Part shown: positions 34,956 through 44,384 of the stretch, in pieces
Layout of the letters: each line of letters begins with the position of its first letter
How positions within the stretch are numbered: position 1 is the stretch's first letter
Sequence record: NC_052658.1
Reading direction: 5' to 3' (one strand)
From: Escherichia phage nepoznato
Length of the DNA: 64,000 nt
The notes under the pieces: model-generated
What the model saw: the letters and a program-made list of their open reading frames with translations, nothing else
Databases searched by the model: none
Told to the model about the DNA's origin: nothing
Made by a program: the position numbers and the translations under genes

Positions 34956-35647
34956 TGACGACAATTATTGCAACCAAGAATAAGATTTTGAGTGATGGTA
35001 AGGTAACTTTTGGCGGACGTGTAGATTCTATTAATTTCAAAAAGGTCCGAAAAATTGGAGATTACCTTGTAGGTGGTGCTGGTCGTCTGACCTCCGTGCT
35101 TTCTTTCTTTCAATGGTTTGAACAAAACCTACAGTGCGAAGCAGCACGTGATGCTGTCCCTGGTTTGATGATTCATTCTGATCCAGACAAAGAAGATGAA
35201 GAGTTTATTGCGCTTGTTGTTCATCCAGACGGACGTATTTTCCTGCACGAAGGTAACAATCCAACACGTGCATATCCGATTGATGAAGAATATTATGCAG
35301 TAGGAAGTGGGTCAGACTTTGCTTTAGCTGCTCTTGATGCAGGGGCAACACCAGAACAAGCTATGGAAGTAGCTAAAAAGCGAGATGCTTTTTCTGGTGG
35401 TGAAACATTTATTGAAGAACAAGACGAGATTATTGAATTAACAGACGATGATTTAGAAAACTTCTCCAAAGAAGAATTAATCAATCTTTTGAAATTCGGT
35501 AATCCCTACGGTGAAGAAGAACCTCGTAACGTGGCAGGTAACGAGGCGGATACTGAAGAAAAATCTGTTGCAGAAAACAACTTGACTTCTAAATCTGAAA
35601 ATATTAATCTCGTAAATGTGGCGGATTTCGAAGGAACCGCTATTTAA
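34955..35647 (+). CDS. HslV-like Ntn-hydrolase peptidase (putative)
   Basis: 230 aa; MTTIIATKNKILSDGKVTFGG...KKVRKIGDYLVGGAG resembles E. coli HslV MTTIVSVRRNG...KKVRRL...AGFAGG, with Thr directly after the initiator Met; acidic C-terminal extension. Confidence 0.5.
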   Translation: MTTIIATKNKILSDGKVTFGGRVDSINFKKVRKIGDYLVGGAGRLTSVLSFFQWFEQNLQCEAARDAVPGLMIHSDPDKEDEEFIALVVHPDGRIFLHEGNNPTRAYPIDEEYYAVGSGSDFALAALDAGATPEQAMEVAKKRDAFSGGETFIEEQDEIIELTDDDLENFSKEELINLLKFGNPYGEEEPRNVAGNEADTEEKSVAENNLTSKSENINLVNVADFEGTAI

Positions 35648-35653
35648 CAAACT

Positions 35654-35676
35654 GCCCCTTCGGGGGCATTTCTTAA
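35654..35676 (+). terminator. intrinsic terminator-like hairpin
   Basis: GCCCC-ttcg-GGGGC followed by ATTTCTT. Confidence 0.45.
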
Positions 35677-35692
35677 ACATAGGAGATTAATA

Positions 35693-36127
35693 ATGTTACA
35701 AGTTCCTGCTAAGTTTGTTGAAGGCGCTATCCACTCTTACCGTCAAACATGTAAGAGGGCAAGAAACTGTTTAGATGGTCTGGTGGCAAAAACCTATACT
35801 GTTGAAAAGAAGAAACGTTGGTTTGGCAAAGATGTTTACGAAGTTAATATTTTTGGTGAACATAAACTAAACCACGATACTCCTGAAAACATGTTAGAAA
35901 TATTTCTAAGAGATGACAAAATATCTCCTATGGATTACCAACTTTTAAAATTTTATGATTCTTCTTTGGCTATTGATAAGTTTGTTGAGGATATTCTGTC
36001 TAGAAAAACAGATAAAAACACTTATCCTCTAGAGGCTGATCAAATAGGATTATTAAACGAGATTTCATCTTTTAAAGAGTTGGATAATATTACAAAAGAG
36101 GAGATTTTAGATGGCATTAGATTATGA
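35693..36127 (+). CDS. hypothetical protein
   Basis: 144 aa ORF. Confidence 0.4.
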   Translation: MLQVPAKFVEGAIHSYRQTCKRARNCLDGLVAKTYTVEKKKRWFGKDVYEVNIFGEHKLNHDTPENMLEIFLRDDKISPMDYQLLKFYDSSLAIDKFVEDILSRKTDKNTYPLEADQIGLLNEISSFKELDNITKEEILDGIRL

Positions 36128-36620
36128 TCGCCCAACGAGCGATTATTATCCAACACCGCAAAAAGCAATCAATAGTTTGTTTAGTGTTATAGATTTCAAA
36201 AATCTAAAGGAAGAAGGTTGGGTTTTTGCAGAACCTTGCAGAGGTGAAGCTGAAGCGATTTATCGCCATTTTCCTGAAGGTTCAGAATATTGTGAACTTG
36301 AAGAAGGTAAGGATTATTTTAGTCACGAGTGGGAAAATCGTCCCGACATTATAATCACAAACCCTCCATTTAAGTTAGCAATGGAGTTCTTGGAAAAGAG
36401 CTTAAAAGAGGCGGATGTTTGTATTTATCTTCTTCGGTTGGGCTTCTTGGAGTCAAAGAAACGACGAGAGTTCCATCAAAAGAATCCACCGACAAACCTT
36501 ATAGTTCTTTCAGAACGGCCTTCGTTTGTTGCAGGTGGAACAGATAAGACAGCATACGCTTGGTATGTATACGACCCAAAGAATCGTTTGGGCCTCTCTC
36601 AACCATTTTATTTTGTTTAA
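36111..36620 (+). CDS. DNA N6-adenine (or N4-cytosine) methyltransferase-like
   Basis: 169 aa; DYYPTP near N-terminus and catalytic-type IIITNPPF. Confidence 0.5.
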   Translation: MALDYDRPTSDYYPTPQKAINSLFSVIDFKNLKEEGWVFAEPCRGEAEAIYRHFPEGSEYCELEEGKDYFSHEWENRPDIIITNPPFKLAMEFLEKSLKEADVCIYLLRLGFLESKKRREFHQKNPPTNLIVLSERPSFVAGGTDKTAYAWYVYDPKNRLGLSQPFYFV

Positions 36621-36632
36621 GGAGTGTGAACT

Positions 36633-36869
36633 ATGGGTAAACTAATTATGACAGTGGCTATTGATTTTGATGAAGTAGATGAAAGCCTCAACCTTTCACT
36701 TTCTACTGATGTAGAGGGTGAAATGGATAATATTGAAGCAGCTACTGCTCTTTTCTTCAAAAAAGCTATTGAAGTTTATGCCGAACATGCTGCAAACCAA
36801 GCAGTAGACTATGGCGGCATCGTGCGAGCTTTGGTTCACTCTACCGAGGACAATGACTGGGAAGACTAA
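36633..36869 (+). CDS. hypothetical acidic protein
   Basis: 78 aa ORF. Confidence 0.35.
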   Translation: MGKLIMTVAIDFDEVDESLNLSLSTDVEGEMDNIEAATALFFKKAIEVYAEHAANQAVDYGGIVRALVHSTEDNDWED

Positions 36870-37072
36870 TGGCTTACAATTATTACTGCATTTATGCACA
36901 TGAAAAGAAAAAAGGTGACACTGGGACTAACGTTTATGCGGAGTCTGAATCTCATGCAAAAGAGATTGGTGCTATCCTTCTATCACGCTGGACTGGAAAT
37001 AATTACAGTGCAGAAGATATGTTTGCAGAAGTAGATTCTGGTATCCAAGAAGACAACATAACAACTACGTGA
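36869..37072 (+). CDS. hypothetical protein
   Basis: 67 aa ORF. Confidence 0.35.
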   Translation: MAYNYYCIYAHEKKKGDTGTNVYAESESHAKEIGAILLSRWTGNNYSAEDMFAEVDSGIQEDNITTT

Positions 37073-37080
37073 TATACTTA

Positions 37081-37106
37081 TACTCCCTTCTCGGAGGGAG
37101 TATTTT
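37081..37106 (+). terminator. intrinsic terminator
   Basis: Perfect 8 bp stem TACTCCCT/AGGGAGTA followed by TTTTAAGG. Confidence 0.55.
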
Positions 37107-37117
37107 AAGGAGGGATT

Positions 37118-37312
37118 ATGCAGAGCGGAGAAGAACTTTTAGAGAAACAATTCTCAACGCGTCAACAAGCTTTAAGTTATATGGTTTTTCTAAGCAATCT
37201 TGATGTGAATGAGATACTTTTACGGCGCGAAGGTAATTTCTGGAGCGTTAAATATCATGCAACAAGGTCTGTAATCTACCTGGAAGAGGCGGAATTCTCT
37301 TTGGTAGAATGA
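37118..37312 (+). CDS. hypothetical protein
   Basis: 64 aa ORF. Confidence 0.35.
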   Translation: MQSGEELLEKQFSTRQQALSYMVFLSNLDVNEILLRREGNFWSVKYHATRSVIYLEEAEFSLVE

Positions 37313-37899
37313 TCCGAGGAGTAGTTATGCGTTCAACTTTCACTGGCAAAATAAACGCTGGTTTGATTTTTACCGCAGTAAGCATTCTTAGCAAAAAGTT
37401 TAAAGTTGTTAACTTACCTGTGTGTGTCGATTTCGATCATGTTTTTGATCCTTCGAACCCCACTCGTTGCATAGTAAGGAGTAATGTTGAAAACCCAACA
37501 GAAAATCTTTTTTATGTAACAAAACCATCTCAAAGCATACTTAACCAGGTTGAGGCGAAATTGATACCTAACGGTAAATATTACTCCTTTTTACCTTGTA
37601 AGTCGGTTGAAGTAGAGAATAGCAGTACTTTCGCTAACAACTTGTCTGTATTCGTTTTCTTTGTTTCGCACGAAGATGAAACAGATGAAATGGTAGCAAC
37701 AGTGAGATCACTTTATGACTCTTTAGGGGTTGTTTATAGACAACAAGTGTGCGAAAATAATAAAGCCTGTGTAGATTTCATTATCAACGGTATTTGTGTT
37801 TGTAGAGTAGAATCTTTTTGGCTGCACGATACATATGTGACTGTAGCAGAGGTTATATCTGAACCAAAATTTAGTCATGCTGTTTCGTTAATAATTTGA
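37309..37899 (+). CDS. hypothetical protein
   Basis: 196 aa ORF. Confidence 0.4.
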   Translation: MIRGVVMRSTFTGKINAGLIFTAVSILSKKFKVVNLPVCVDFDHVFDPSNPTRCIVRSNVENPTENLFYVTKPSQSILNQVEAKLIPNGKYYSFLPCKSVEVENSSTFANNLSVFVFFVSHEDETDEMVATVRSLYDSLGVVYRQQVCENNKACVDFIINGICVCRVESFWLHDTYVTVAEVISEPKFSHAVSLII

Positions 37900-37909
37900 G
37901 GAGGAAGGA

Positions 37910-38239
37910 ATGGAAATTACTACAGAACAAGCCCTTATCGACGAGGGTCGTAAAATCTTAGAAAAGCATTTAGGGGAGATTCATAAAACTCCTGGCTATT
38001 TGGGTTGGAGAATTGTTGAAGCTGTAGATTTCCTTCCTCGTAACAGTAAAAGCGTCGAAATGCGATCTCTTTTCTTATTAGTAAAGGTGGATGGGGATAC
38101 ACCTTTTAAAGATGCCGCAGAGCATATTGAAAAAGTTGAAGAGAAAGCTTATGCAGAATTTGCCGATCTTGTTTTAGAACAAGAGATTGAAGGAAAGGTG
38201 AATATTTTTATTTTCTTAGATTTTGAGGAGGATAAGTGA
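37910..38239 (+). CDS. hypothetical protein
   Basis: 109 aa ORF; RBS GGAGGAAGG. Confidence 0.4.
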   Translation: MEITTEQALIDEGRKILEKHLGEIHKTPGYLGWRIVEAVDFLPRNSKSVEMRSLFLLVKVDGDTPFKDAAEHIEKVEEKAYAEFADLVLEQEIEGKVNIFIFLDFEEDK

Positions 38240-38979
38240 TCATACATAGAGAAATTACTGTTAAAAGCGATCAAGATCTTTTTATAATTGGAGATCTACA
38301 CGGTTGTTATAATTTGTATGAAAAAGGAAAGGCAAAGTTAGGTATCCGAGATACAGATGTAGTTGTATCTTTAGGAGATCTTACTGACCGTGGAAAGCAA
38401 AACTTTCGTTGTGTTTTAGAATTTACTCGTAAACACAATCGCTACGCTATTCGTGGAAATCATGAAGACATGATGATTAAAGGTATGCTGGAAGGAGATC
38501 GTAGCTACTTCGAGTGTTGGTATCAAAATGGAGGATATACAGTCCTTGAAGAATGTGGTGAAGAAGGAGCTACAGCCTTAGCAATGATGACAGAAGATTT
38601 ACCTGTTGTTCTCATTGTTAACTACAGAGGCATGAAACTTGCGTTTATTCATGGTGGGTATCCATCTTCTTTGGAATATCTCCCTGTAACAGATATTCCA
38701 GAATACACTTTGAAGATGACAAAAACACAGGAAAACCGTTTTGCTGAAGCACTTATGTGGGACAGAGATATGGTGGACTGTGCTAAAGAGGGAATGAAAC
38801 TTCCTGTTGTGATGGGTGTGGACTATGTGTTTCATGGACACTCTTATGTAAAAACACCTATTATCAATGCGAATCGTGTTTATATGGATACTGGATCTGT
38901 GTTCAATAATAACTTAACATTTGCTTATTTCGATATGGACGGTGGTCTTCAATTTTATTCAACTCTTGAGGAGGATTAA
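38236..38979 (+). CDS. Ser/Thr protein phosphatase (lambda-phosphatase-like metallophosphoesterase)
   Basis: 247 aa; GDLHGCY, GDLTDRG, RGNHE and later HGH motifs. Confidence 0.65.
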   Translation: MIIHREITVKSDQDLFIIGDLHGCYNLYEKGKAKLGIRDTDVVVSLGDLTDRGKQNFRCVLEFTRKHNRYAIRGNHEDMMIKGMLEGDRSYFECWYQNGGYTVLEECGEEGATALAMMTEDLPVVLIVNYRGMKLAFIHGGYPSSLEYLPVTDIPEYTLKMTKTQENRFAEALMWDRDMVDCAKEGMKLPVVMGVDYVFHGHSYVKTPIINANRVYMDTGSVFNNNLTFAYFDMDGGLQFYSTLEED

Positions 38980-39287
38980 TGTATAAGATTACAATTATTC
39001 AAAGTGTAGGTAATATCCGTAAAGAAGTTATCTTAGAAACAGAAGATGTTAATCTTGTTCGTGAGATTGTTTTTAAGGAAGATAACCTGCAAACTGTAGA
39101 ATCGGATGCACCGAATCTTATGGTGGATCAAGAATATTCTGAACTTCGTCGTATTTTTGAAGAGATTCAGAAGAAAGAAACACAACCTACCATAAAACCT
39201 TTTGGTCCTTATGATCCGAGCAATCCTAGCAGTCCTTGGATCATGAGAAATACGGAACCCTATACACCTTTTGAAATTACTTGTTGA
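38979..39287 (+). CDS. hypothetical protein
   Basis: 102 aa ORF. Confidence 0.35.
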   Translation: MYKITIIQSVGNIRKEVILETEDVNLVREIVFKEDNLQTVESDAPNLMVDQEYSELRRIFEEIQKKETQPTIKPFGPYDPSNPSSPWIMRNTEPYTPFEITC

Positions 39288-39294
39288 GGTGATT

Positions 39295-39876
39295 ATGGCA
39301 GAACTGTTCTATACGGGAGTTGGAAGTAGAGACATATCTGAAGAAGAGTGGGCTTTGATGGTAGGCATAGGAAAATGGCTTTCAAACCTTGGGTTTAAAT
39401 TAAGGTCTGGGAAGGCAGAGGGTAGTGATTCTGCTTTTGAAACAGGTGTCCAAGAGTCTGAAAATCCTACTAACAAGGAGATTTATGTTCCTTGGGAAAA
39501 TTTCAAAGGTAATCAGATTCCAGGTGATGTTATTGTTCTTGCAAAACCAGATACAATGAACTATGCTATCTCTGTGCAATGGATCAAAGATGTTCACCCA
39601 GCTTATGAAAAGCTTAAGCAGGGTGCTAGAAAATTGCACCAACGTAATGTGCATCAGGTGTTAGGCAGAGATTTGGAGAATCCTGCTCCATCGTGTTTCT
39701 TGTTGGCTTGTGCTAATACTGATAAACATGGGGATGCAAAAGGTGGAACAGCTACGGCTTGGAAGATAGCTAAAGCCAATAATGTTCCTTGTTTAAACAT
39801 TCGTGGGAAAACAAAACAAGAGATTTACGATTTTCTACGACCTTTGGTAATGAGGGCAATAACAAGTGATTCCTAA
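39295..39876 (+). CDS. DprA/SLOG-like Rossmann-fold protein
   Basis: Track ORF 39271-39876 trimmed to the ATG at 39295 after RBS GAGGTGA; YTGVGSR and LRSGKAEGSDSAFETG resemble the DprA/Smf signature. Confidence 0.4.
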   Translation: MAELFYTGVGSRDISEEEWALMVGIGKWLSNLGFKLRSGKAEGSDSAFETGVQESENPTNKEIYVPWENFKGNQIPGDVIVLAKPDTMNYAISVQWIKDVHPAYEKLKQGARKLHQRNVHQVLGRDLENPAPSCFLLACANTDKHGDAKGGTATAWKIAKANNVPCLNIRGKTKQEIYDFLRPLVMRAITSDS

Positions 39877-40378
39877 ACGTAAACGTGGTGAACAAAGAAC
39901 AAATTTGGCAGAAATCTTAGATTACAACATGGTTAATGATGTGACAAAAGAAATTCTCCCTATTGTAGAAGATATTCTTCGTAGAGGGTTACGATTCTGC
40001 TCGGATCGGGTACATTTCATGTGGACACATAAAAGTGACTCCGCTTTGAATTTCTATCCTTTAGATTATACTCTGAACAATACAGAGATGAAAGATATCA
40101 ACAAATACTTAATGGGATATAAAGATATAACCGAAACTGTTCTTGGAGAATTGGCAGAGATCTTGGCTAATGATATCCTTAGAAATATTAATAAGGCTCT
40201 TGACAGAAGTCCAGCAGGAGTAGTAGTATCTTTTGCTGTGCCAGATATGGTTAAATATGAGTCTACAATACCTAATAAAGCTTATGCCTTTCTTCGGAGA
40301 GACGTTCGTGGAAATGTGTTGGAGATGGAGTCAAACTACAAGATTGAGGAGGTTTTATGGCAGAGTTCGGATCAGTAA
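39866..40378 (+). CDS. hypothetical protein
   Basis: 170 aa ORF. Confidence 0.4.
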   Translation: MIPKRKRGEQRTNLAEILDYNMVNDVTKEILPIVEDILRRGLRFCSDRVHFMWTHKSDSALNFYPLDYTLNNTEMKDINKYLMGYKDITETVLGELAEILANDILRNINKALDRSPAGVVVSFAVPDMVKYESTIPNKAYAFLRRDVRGNVLEMESNYKIEEVLWQSSDQ

Positions 40379-40647
40379 CAAGTTTTGAAAGTAACTTCGT
40401 TACCGCTTGGGAAGCTTGGGATGAAATGGGTGTTGGGGAACTTTATTTTTACAATGTAACACTACGTCCAGAGTATGCTTACCTGGTACCAGAAGGAACA
40501 GTTCAAATTGGCATGTATTTGTCTTCTCAAGACGGTGTTGTTCAATTTGAGTTTTATTCTAACACAACGGACAACGAATTTACATACCGCGCATTTCATG
40601 TCAACATGTCTTTAGGAGAGGAGAAATTTTATGACGACCAAGTTTAA
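40357..40647 (+). CDS. hypothetical protein
   Basis: 96 aa ORF. Confidence 0.35.
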   Translation: MAEFGSVTSFESNFVTAWEAWDEMGVGELYFYNVTLRPEYAYLVPEGTVQIGMYLSSQDGVVQFEFYSNTTDNEFTYRAFHVNMSLGEEKFYDDQV

Positions 40648-40828
40648 AACAGTAGAAGAAGCCGTAAAAGCAGCTTATGAGGCTTTAGCGGAAGCAGAGC
40701 AGTTAGCAGATGAGACTGGTAAAGGTTTCCGTTTCTCCCCTGAATATGGGATGGGTGGTTATTATGATCCAGAAGACGAAAATGAGAACACTGGAACAAA
40801 TTGGCATCCATCTTCTTTAAGTTGTTAA
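40631..40828 (+). CDS. small acidic protein, W-x-S-S-x-x-C C-terminal family member 1
   Basis: 65 aa ending ...TGTNWHPSSLSC. Confidence 0.4.
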   Translation: MTTKFKTVEEAVKAAYEALAEAEQLADETGKGFRFSPEYGMGGYYDPEDENENTGTNWHPSSLSC

Positions 40829-41109
40829 TAGGAGGTAAAGTGGGAATCGAAGATATCAAAGGTTATAAACCGCATACCGATGACAAAATTGGTAAAGTGA
40901 ATGCTATTAAAGATGCTGAAGTTCGATTAGGATTAATCTTTGATGCTCTAATGTCTGAATTGTGGGCTGAACTGGATGATTGTGAAGATTTGGAAGAGTC
41001 TACCAATATATCCACCCGCCTTGACCAAATTTCAATAGCAAAGACTAAGTTGAAAGAAGCTTCTATGTGGGCCTGTCGTTCCGTTTTCCAACCAGAGGAG
41101 AAATACTAA
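40801..41109 (+). CDS. hypothetical protein
   Basis: 102 aa ORF. Confidence 0.35.
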   Translation: MASIFFKLLIGGKVGIEDIKGYKPHTDDKIGKVNAIKDAEVRLGLIFDALMSELWAELDDCEDLEESTNISTRLDQISIAKTKLKEASMWACRSVFQPEEKY

Positions 41110-41327
41110 TGAGTGATCGTAATGTTGAAGAATTAACTGAAAAAGCCCAAGCTATTATGGCTTTAGTGGACGAACTTACAAAAGAAGCTGAAGATGCTGG
41201 TTTTGGTCTTAGTTTAGAAAATGACGCAATCTGTTTTGAAGATTGGCAATCCTCTTCTTGTTATGGTGAAGGTGATGATGGTTTCGTCGTTAATTCTCAA
41301 GGCGTTTGGCACAGTAGTAGCTGTTAA
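41109..41327 (+). CDS. small acidic protein, W-x-S-S-S-C family member 2
   Basis: Track ORF 41067-41327 trimmed to the ATG at 41109 after RBS GGAGAA; contains WQSSSC internally and ends VWHSSSC. Confidence 0.4.
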   Translation: MSDRNVEELTEKAQAIMALVDELTKEAEDAGFGLSLENDAICFEDWQSSSCYGEGDDGFVVNSQGVWHSSSC

Positions 41328-41336
41328 GGAGAGATT

Positions 41337-41609
41337 GTGGAGTCTGAAGGCGAACTGCTGATAAAAAAGAAAGTTAAAGAGATGGAACAAGCACAAAGAA
41401 AGTTTCGTAAGGAGATTGAAGAACTTTGTGAACAGTTTCAGGAACAAGCTTGGATAGGTGACTACGGTAACGGAGAAACTTATTACCCTACAGGAACGCC
41501 AGCCGCAGATCACTATATTGATTTCATTTGTGAAGATTATGGTGTAGAGTTGGATGAAAATGGTTTAACCACAAGAGGTGTTTGGATCTCTTCTTCCTCA
41601 ATGTGTTAG
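41337..41609 (+). CDS. small acidic protein, W-x-S-S-S-x-C family member 3
   Basis: GTG start after RBS AAGGAGAG; ends ...TTRGVWISSSSMC. Confidence 0.4.
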   Translation: MESEGELLIKKKVKEMEQAQRKFRKEIEELCEQFQEQAWIGDYGNGETYYPTGTPAADHYIDFICEDYGVELDENGLTTRGVWISSSSMC

Positions 41610-41619
41610 TAAATAATAA

Positions 41620-41640
41620 CCCGCTTCGGCGGGTTTTTTA
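41620..41640 (+). terminator. intrinsic terminator
   Basis: CCCGC-ttcg-GCGGG followed by TTTTTTA. Confidence 0.65.
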
Positions 41641-41669
41641 TTGACAGAAATCTGGAAGCTTGATAAACT
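41641..41669 (+). promoter_or_regulatory. sigma70-like promoter (TTGACA, 17 bp, TAAACT)
   Basis: ttttttaTTGACAgaaatctggaagcttgaTAAACT, upstream of CDS 41700-42635. Confidence 0.45.
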
Positions 41670-41699
41670 TAACCTATCAACCAATAGAGGAGAAATATT

Positions 41700-42635
41700 A
41701 TGGTGTTAATTGGTAGCCGTGCATTACAAATTCATGCTATGGATATGGGAAAAGACTTGTATCGCCCTTGTGTAGATTTAGATTACCTCTGTACAGAACA
41801 AGAATGGGAAGAATTATCAAAAATGTTCTCTCAAGATGAGTTTGTTGAACTTGTAGAGCGTAAAGGGAACAAGGGCCATGTCAAAATGATAGCTGGTGCA
41901 CATTTGGAATACGATATTGCTTCTCAAGGAGATAGCACAGAAGCTTTGATTAGTTATTGTGAAGACTCTGATGATATTCGTCGAACTTACGCTGGACACG
42001 TTGTTGCTCCTTTAGATGTGCTCTACCTTCTTAAAATGAGTCATCGTTTTAAAAAGGATAGTCCTCACTTCTTTAAAACTATGAAAGATATTCATTTCAT
42101 GCGGTCACTGGGCGCAAAGATCCCAGAAAATCTTAAGAGTATTTATGAGTTGCGTGAGAAAGAAACATACACTTACTCTCATCCAAACTTAAACGTGAGA
42201 AGTAAAGACTTCTTTAAAGGTGATGAGGTTCCGTATGTTTATGATCATGACTCTATTCATGAAGCAATCGCAGTAATGGATGCTCCAGCATATAAATCTT
42301 ATATGAAAGATGGAAGTGAAGTTATGACCAGCAAAGAAAAGTTTTTTGCTCAACCAAAACATGTGCGCCTGTTAGGTGTTTATGAAGAAGCGTGTGTTTT
42401 GGCTTTGGAACGTTCACAAATTCCTTTCGGTGAAGAGATCGGAGGTCCAACCCCTAAGCAAAGTTTTATGATGGCTTTATCTAAAGTTTGCACATCTATC
42501 ACTAGTGGTTGGTTTCGTGAATATGCCTATGAATCCTTCCATGTCGTGATGAAGCTTTATGAAAGTATGGGAGAAGATGATTACATCAAAAGATTCCACG
42601 CTAATAAACACTTACTTAAACCTTTTGAGGAATAG
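41700..42635 (+). CDS. hypothetical protein, possible nucleotidyltransferase fold
   Basis: 311 aa; N-terminal LIGSRALQIHAMDMGKD...CVDLDYL loosely resembles the GS...DxD nucleotidyltransferase signature but spacing is atypical. Confidence 0.3.
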   Translation: MVLIGSRALQIHAMDMGKDLYRPCVDLDYLCTEQEWEELSKMFSQDEFVELVERKGNKGHVKMIAGAHLEYDIASQGDSTEALISYCEDSDDIRRTYAGHVVAPLDVLYLLKMSHRFKKDSPHFFKTMKDIHFMRSLGAKIPENLKSIYELREKETYTYSHPNLNVRSKDFFKGDEVPYVYDHDSIHEAIAVMDAPAYKSYMKDGSEVMTSKEKFFAQPKHVRLLGVYEEACVLALERSQIPFGEEIGGPTPKQSFMMALSKVCTSITSGWFREYAYESFHVVMKLYESMGEDDYIKRFHANKHLLKPFEE

Positions 42636-42636
42636 T

Positions 42637-43308
42637 ATGGGGAGGAAATTAGAAAACCTGTCTGGAATGGTATTCAATGGTATAACAGTTCTTGATGTAG
42701 CAATTAAGGAGACTGGATGATCTACAAAATGGAATTGTATTTGTCATTGCGGTGAGAAGTTTGTTACTACAGCCGAAAGATTAAAATCTGGTAAAACTAA
42801 ATCTTGTGGTTGTGAGCGTTACCATTACAAGTTCATTGAGGATAGATATACATATAATTCCTACAATGCCATGATAGACAGGTGCACCAATGAGAACTCA
42901 CCGAATTATCCTAAGTATGGAGGTAGTGGAGTTTCTGTATGCTGTAGATGGTTAGAGAAGGGGGACTTAGGTTTTTTGAATTTCGTTGAGGATATGGGTA
43001 GTAGACCACAAAACACAACCTTAAACAGAATTAATTCTGCTGATGTTTATAGCAAAGAAACCTGTGAGTGGGCTTCACTCGCAATGCAATCTTATGATCA
43101 AAAACTAAGGAAAGATAATCTATCCGGTATTTGTGGGGTAAAATACAGAAAAGATAGGGGCAAATGGATTGCATACATCCGAGTCAATGGAGAGCATATT
43201 AGTTTATACTATGGTAACAGTAAAGAAGAAGCTATTCGTAAACGGAAGGAGGCAGAGATGTTATATTATGATAGGGCTAAGGTGAAACCTTACGAAGGAG
43301 GTTATTGA
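42637..43308 (+). pseudogene. AP2/HNH-family endonuclease-like gene interrupted by an in-frame TGA
   Basis: ATG at 42637 gives MGRKLENLSGMVFNGITVLDVAIKETG, then TGA at 42718-42720, then the same frame continues STKWNCICHCGEKF...KSGKTKSCGC...YGGSGVSVCCRWL... to the stop at 43308. Confidence 0.4.
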
Positions 43309-43309
43309 T

Positions 43310-43708
43310 ATGGGTTGGTGTGATCAGTCACAAAGTTACTTCAAAGTAACACATGCGGATCTCAACAAAGCAAGAGTGAAGTTGTTGAGTATCGAAAAAG
43401 AAACAGTGGCTATTGACAAACGTCTCCGAGAGAGTAAAGTGGTAATCACTTCTTGGTTTGGACTGAAACGTAAAGTCATGACGCAACGAGAGCATGTAGT
43501 TAAAAATATGCACGGTTGGGCTTGGTTCCACGATATGGCAGAACATTTGGGATACATTTCTCCTGAAGAACATGATCTCTTGGAGTTACGCTACCGCCTT
43601 CCAGATGTAGAAGATTTAGATTTGTGGATCAGTTCAGAACAGATCTTCCTAACAGAAAGTGATTGGCGTAAAGTTATGGCTTGTCTTGAATGGAGGGGTA
43701 ATGAGTAA
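43310..43708 (+). CDS. hypothetical protein
   Basis: 132 aa ORF. Confidence 0.4.
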   Translation: MGWCDQSQSYFKVTHADLNKARVKLLSIEKETVAIDKRLRESKVVITSWFGLKRKVMTQREHVVKNMHGWAWFHDMAEHLGYISPEEHDLLELRYRLPDVEDLDLWISSEQIFLTESDWRKVMACLEWRGNE

Positions 43709-44384
43709 AACAGTTTTGTCTATGTTTGACGGATCTGGGATCATGGTGTTACGTTATGCCGAAGCAGGTCACAAGTGTTTTTGTGTAAACGCTGATGAAG
43801 GGGACCACGGTAAATACGAGGTTAGGATGGAGCACCCAAACATAACCTATGTGAATGCTTGGATAGATTCTACATTCAACCCTGAAGATCATGGAATACC
43901 TAAACCCGATATTATTTTTGGATTTCCACCTTGCACTATGTTAGCAGGTAGTGGTAGCAAACACGAACGCAGCACAGAGGAATTAGATGAAGCTTTAGCT
44001 AATATTCGTGTAGTGGAAGATTTGGGTAACAAATACAATGTTCCTTGGATGATTGAGAACCCAGTAGGTAAACTTTCAACCTTATGGCGTAAACCAGATT
44101 TTTACTTTGATCCTTATGAGTATGGTGGGTATTTGTTTGAAGAGGAAGGAAGCTTTCATCCTAAAATGCCTACCCGTGATGGGTATACAAAGAAAACTTG
44201 TATTTGGCACGGCAATGGTTTTGTTCAACCAGTGAAGAAACCAGTAGATCATATAGGCTGCTTCTGGGGTTGGAAAAGCTTAGGTGGAGCTAGTGCAAAA
44301 ACAAAACAACTTAGATCACTAACCGCACGTGGTTTTGCTCGTGCAGTGTTTTTGTCTAACAATCTTCTAGATAAGGAGAAATAA
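43701..44384 (+). CDS. DNA cytosine-C5 methyltransferase-like protein
   Basis: Track ORF 43659-44384 trimmed to the ATG at 43701 after RBS GGAGGGG; motif I SMFDGSG, motif IV GFPPCT, ENP (ENV-like). Confidence 0.45.
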   Translation: MSKTVLSMFDGSGIMVLRYAEAGHKCFCVNADEGDHGKYEVRMEHPNITYVNAWIDSTFNPEDHGIPKPDIIFGFPPCTMLAGSGSKHERSTEELDEALANIRVVEDLGNKYNVPWMIENPVGKLSTLWRKPDFYFDPYEYGGYLFEEEGSFHPKMPTRDGYTKKTCIWHGNGFVQPVKKPVDHIGCFWGWKSLGGASAKTKQLRSLTARGFARAVFLSNNLLDKEK

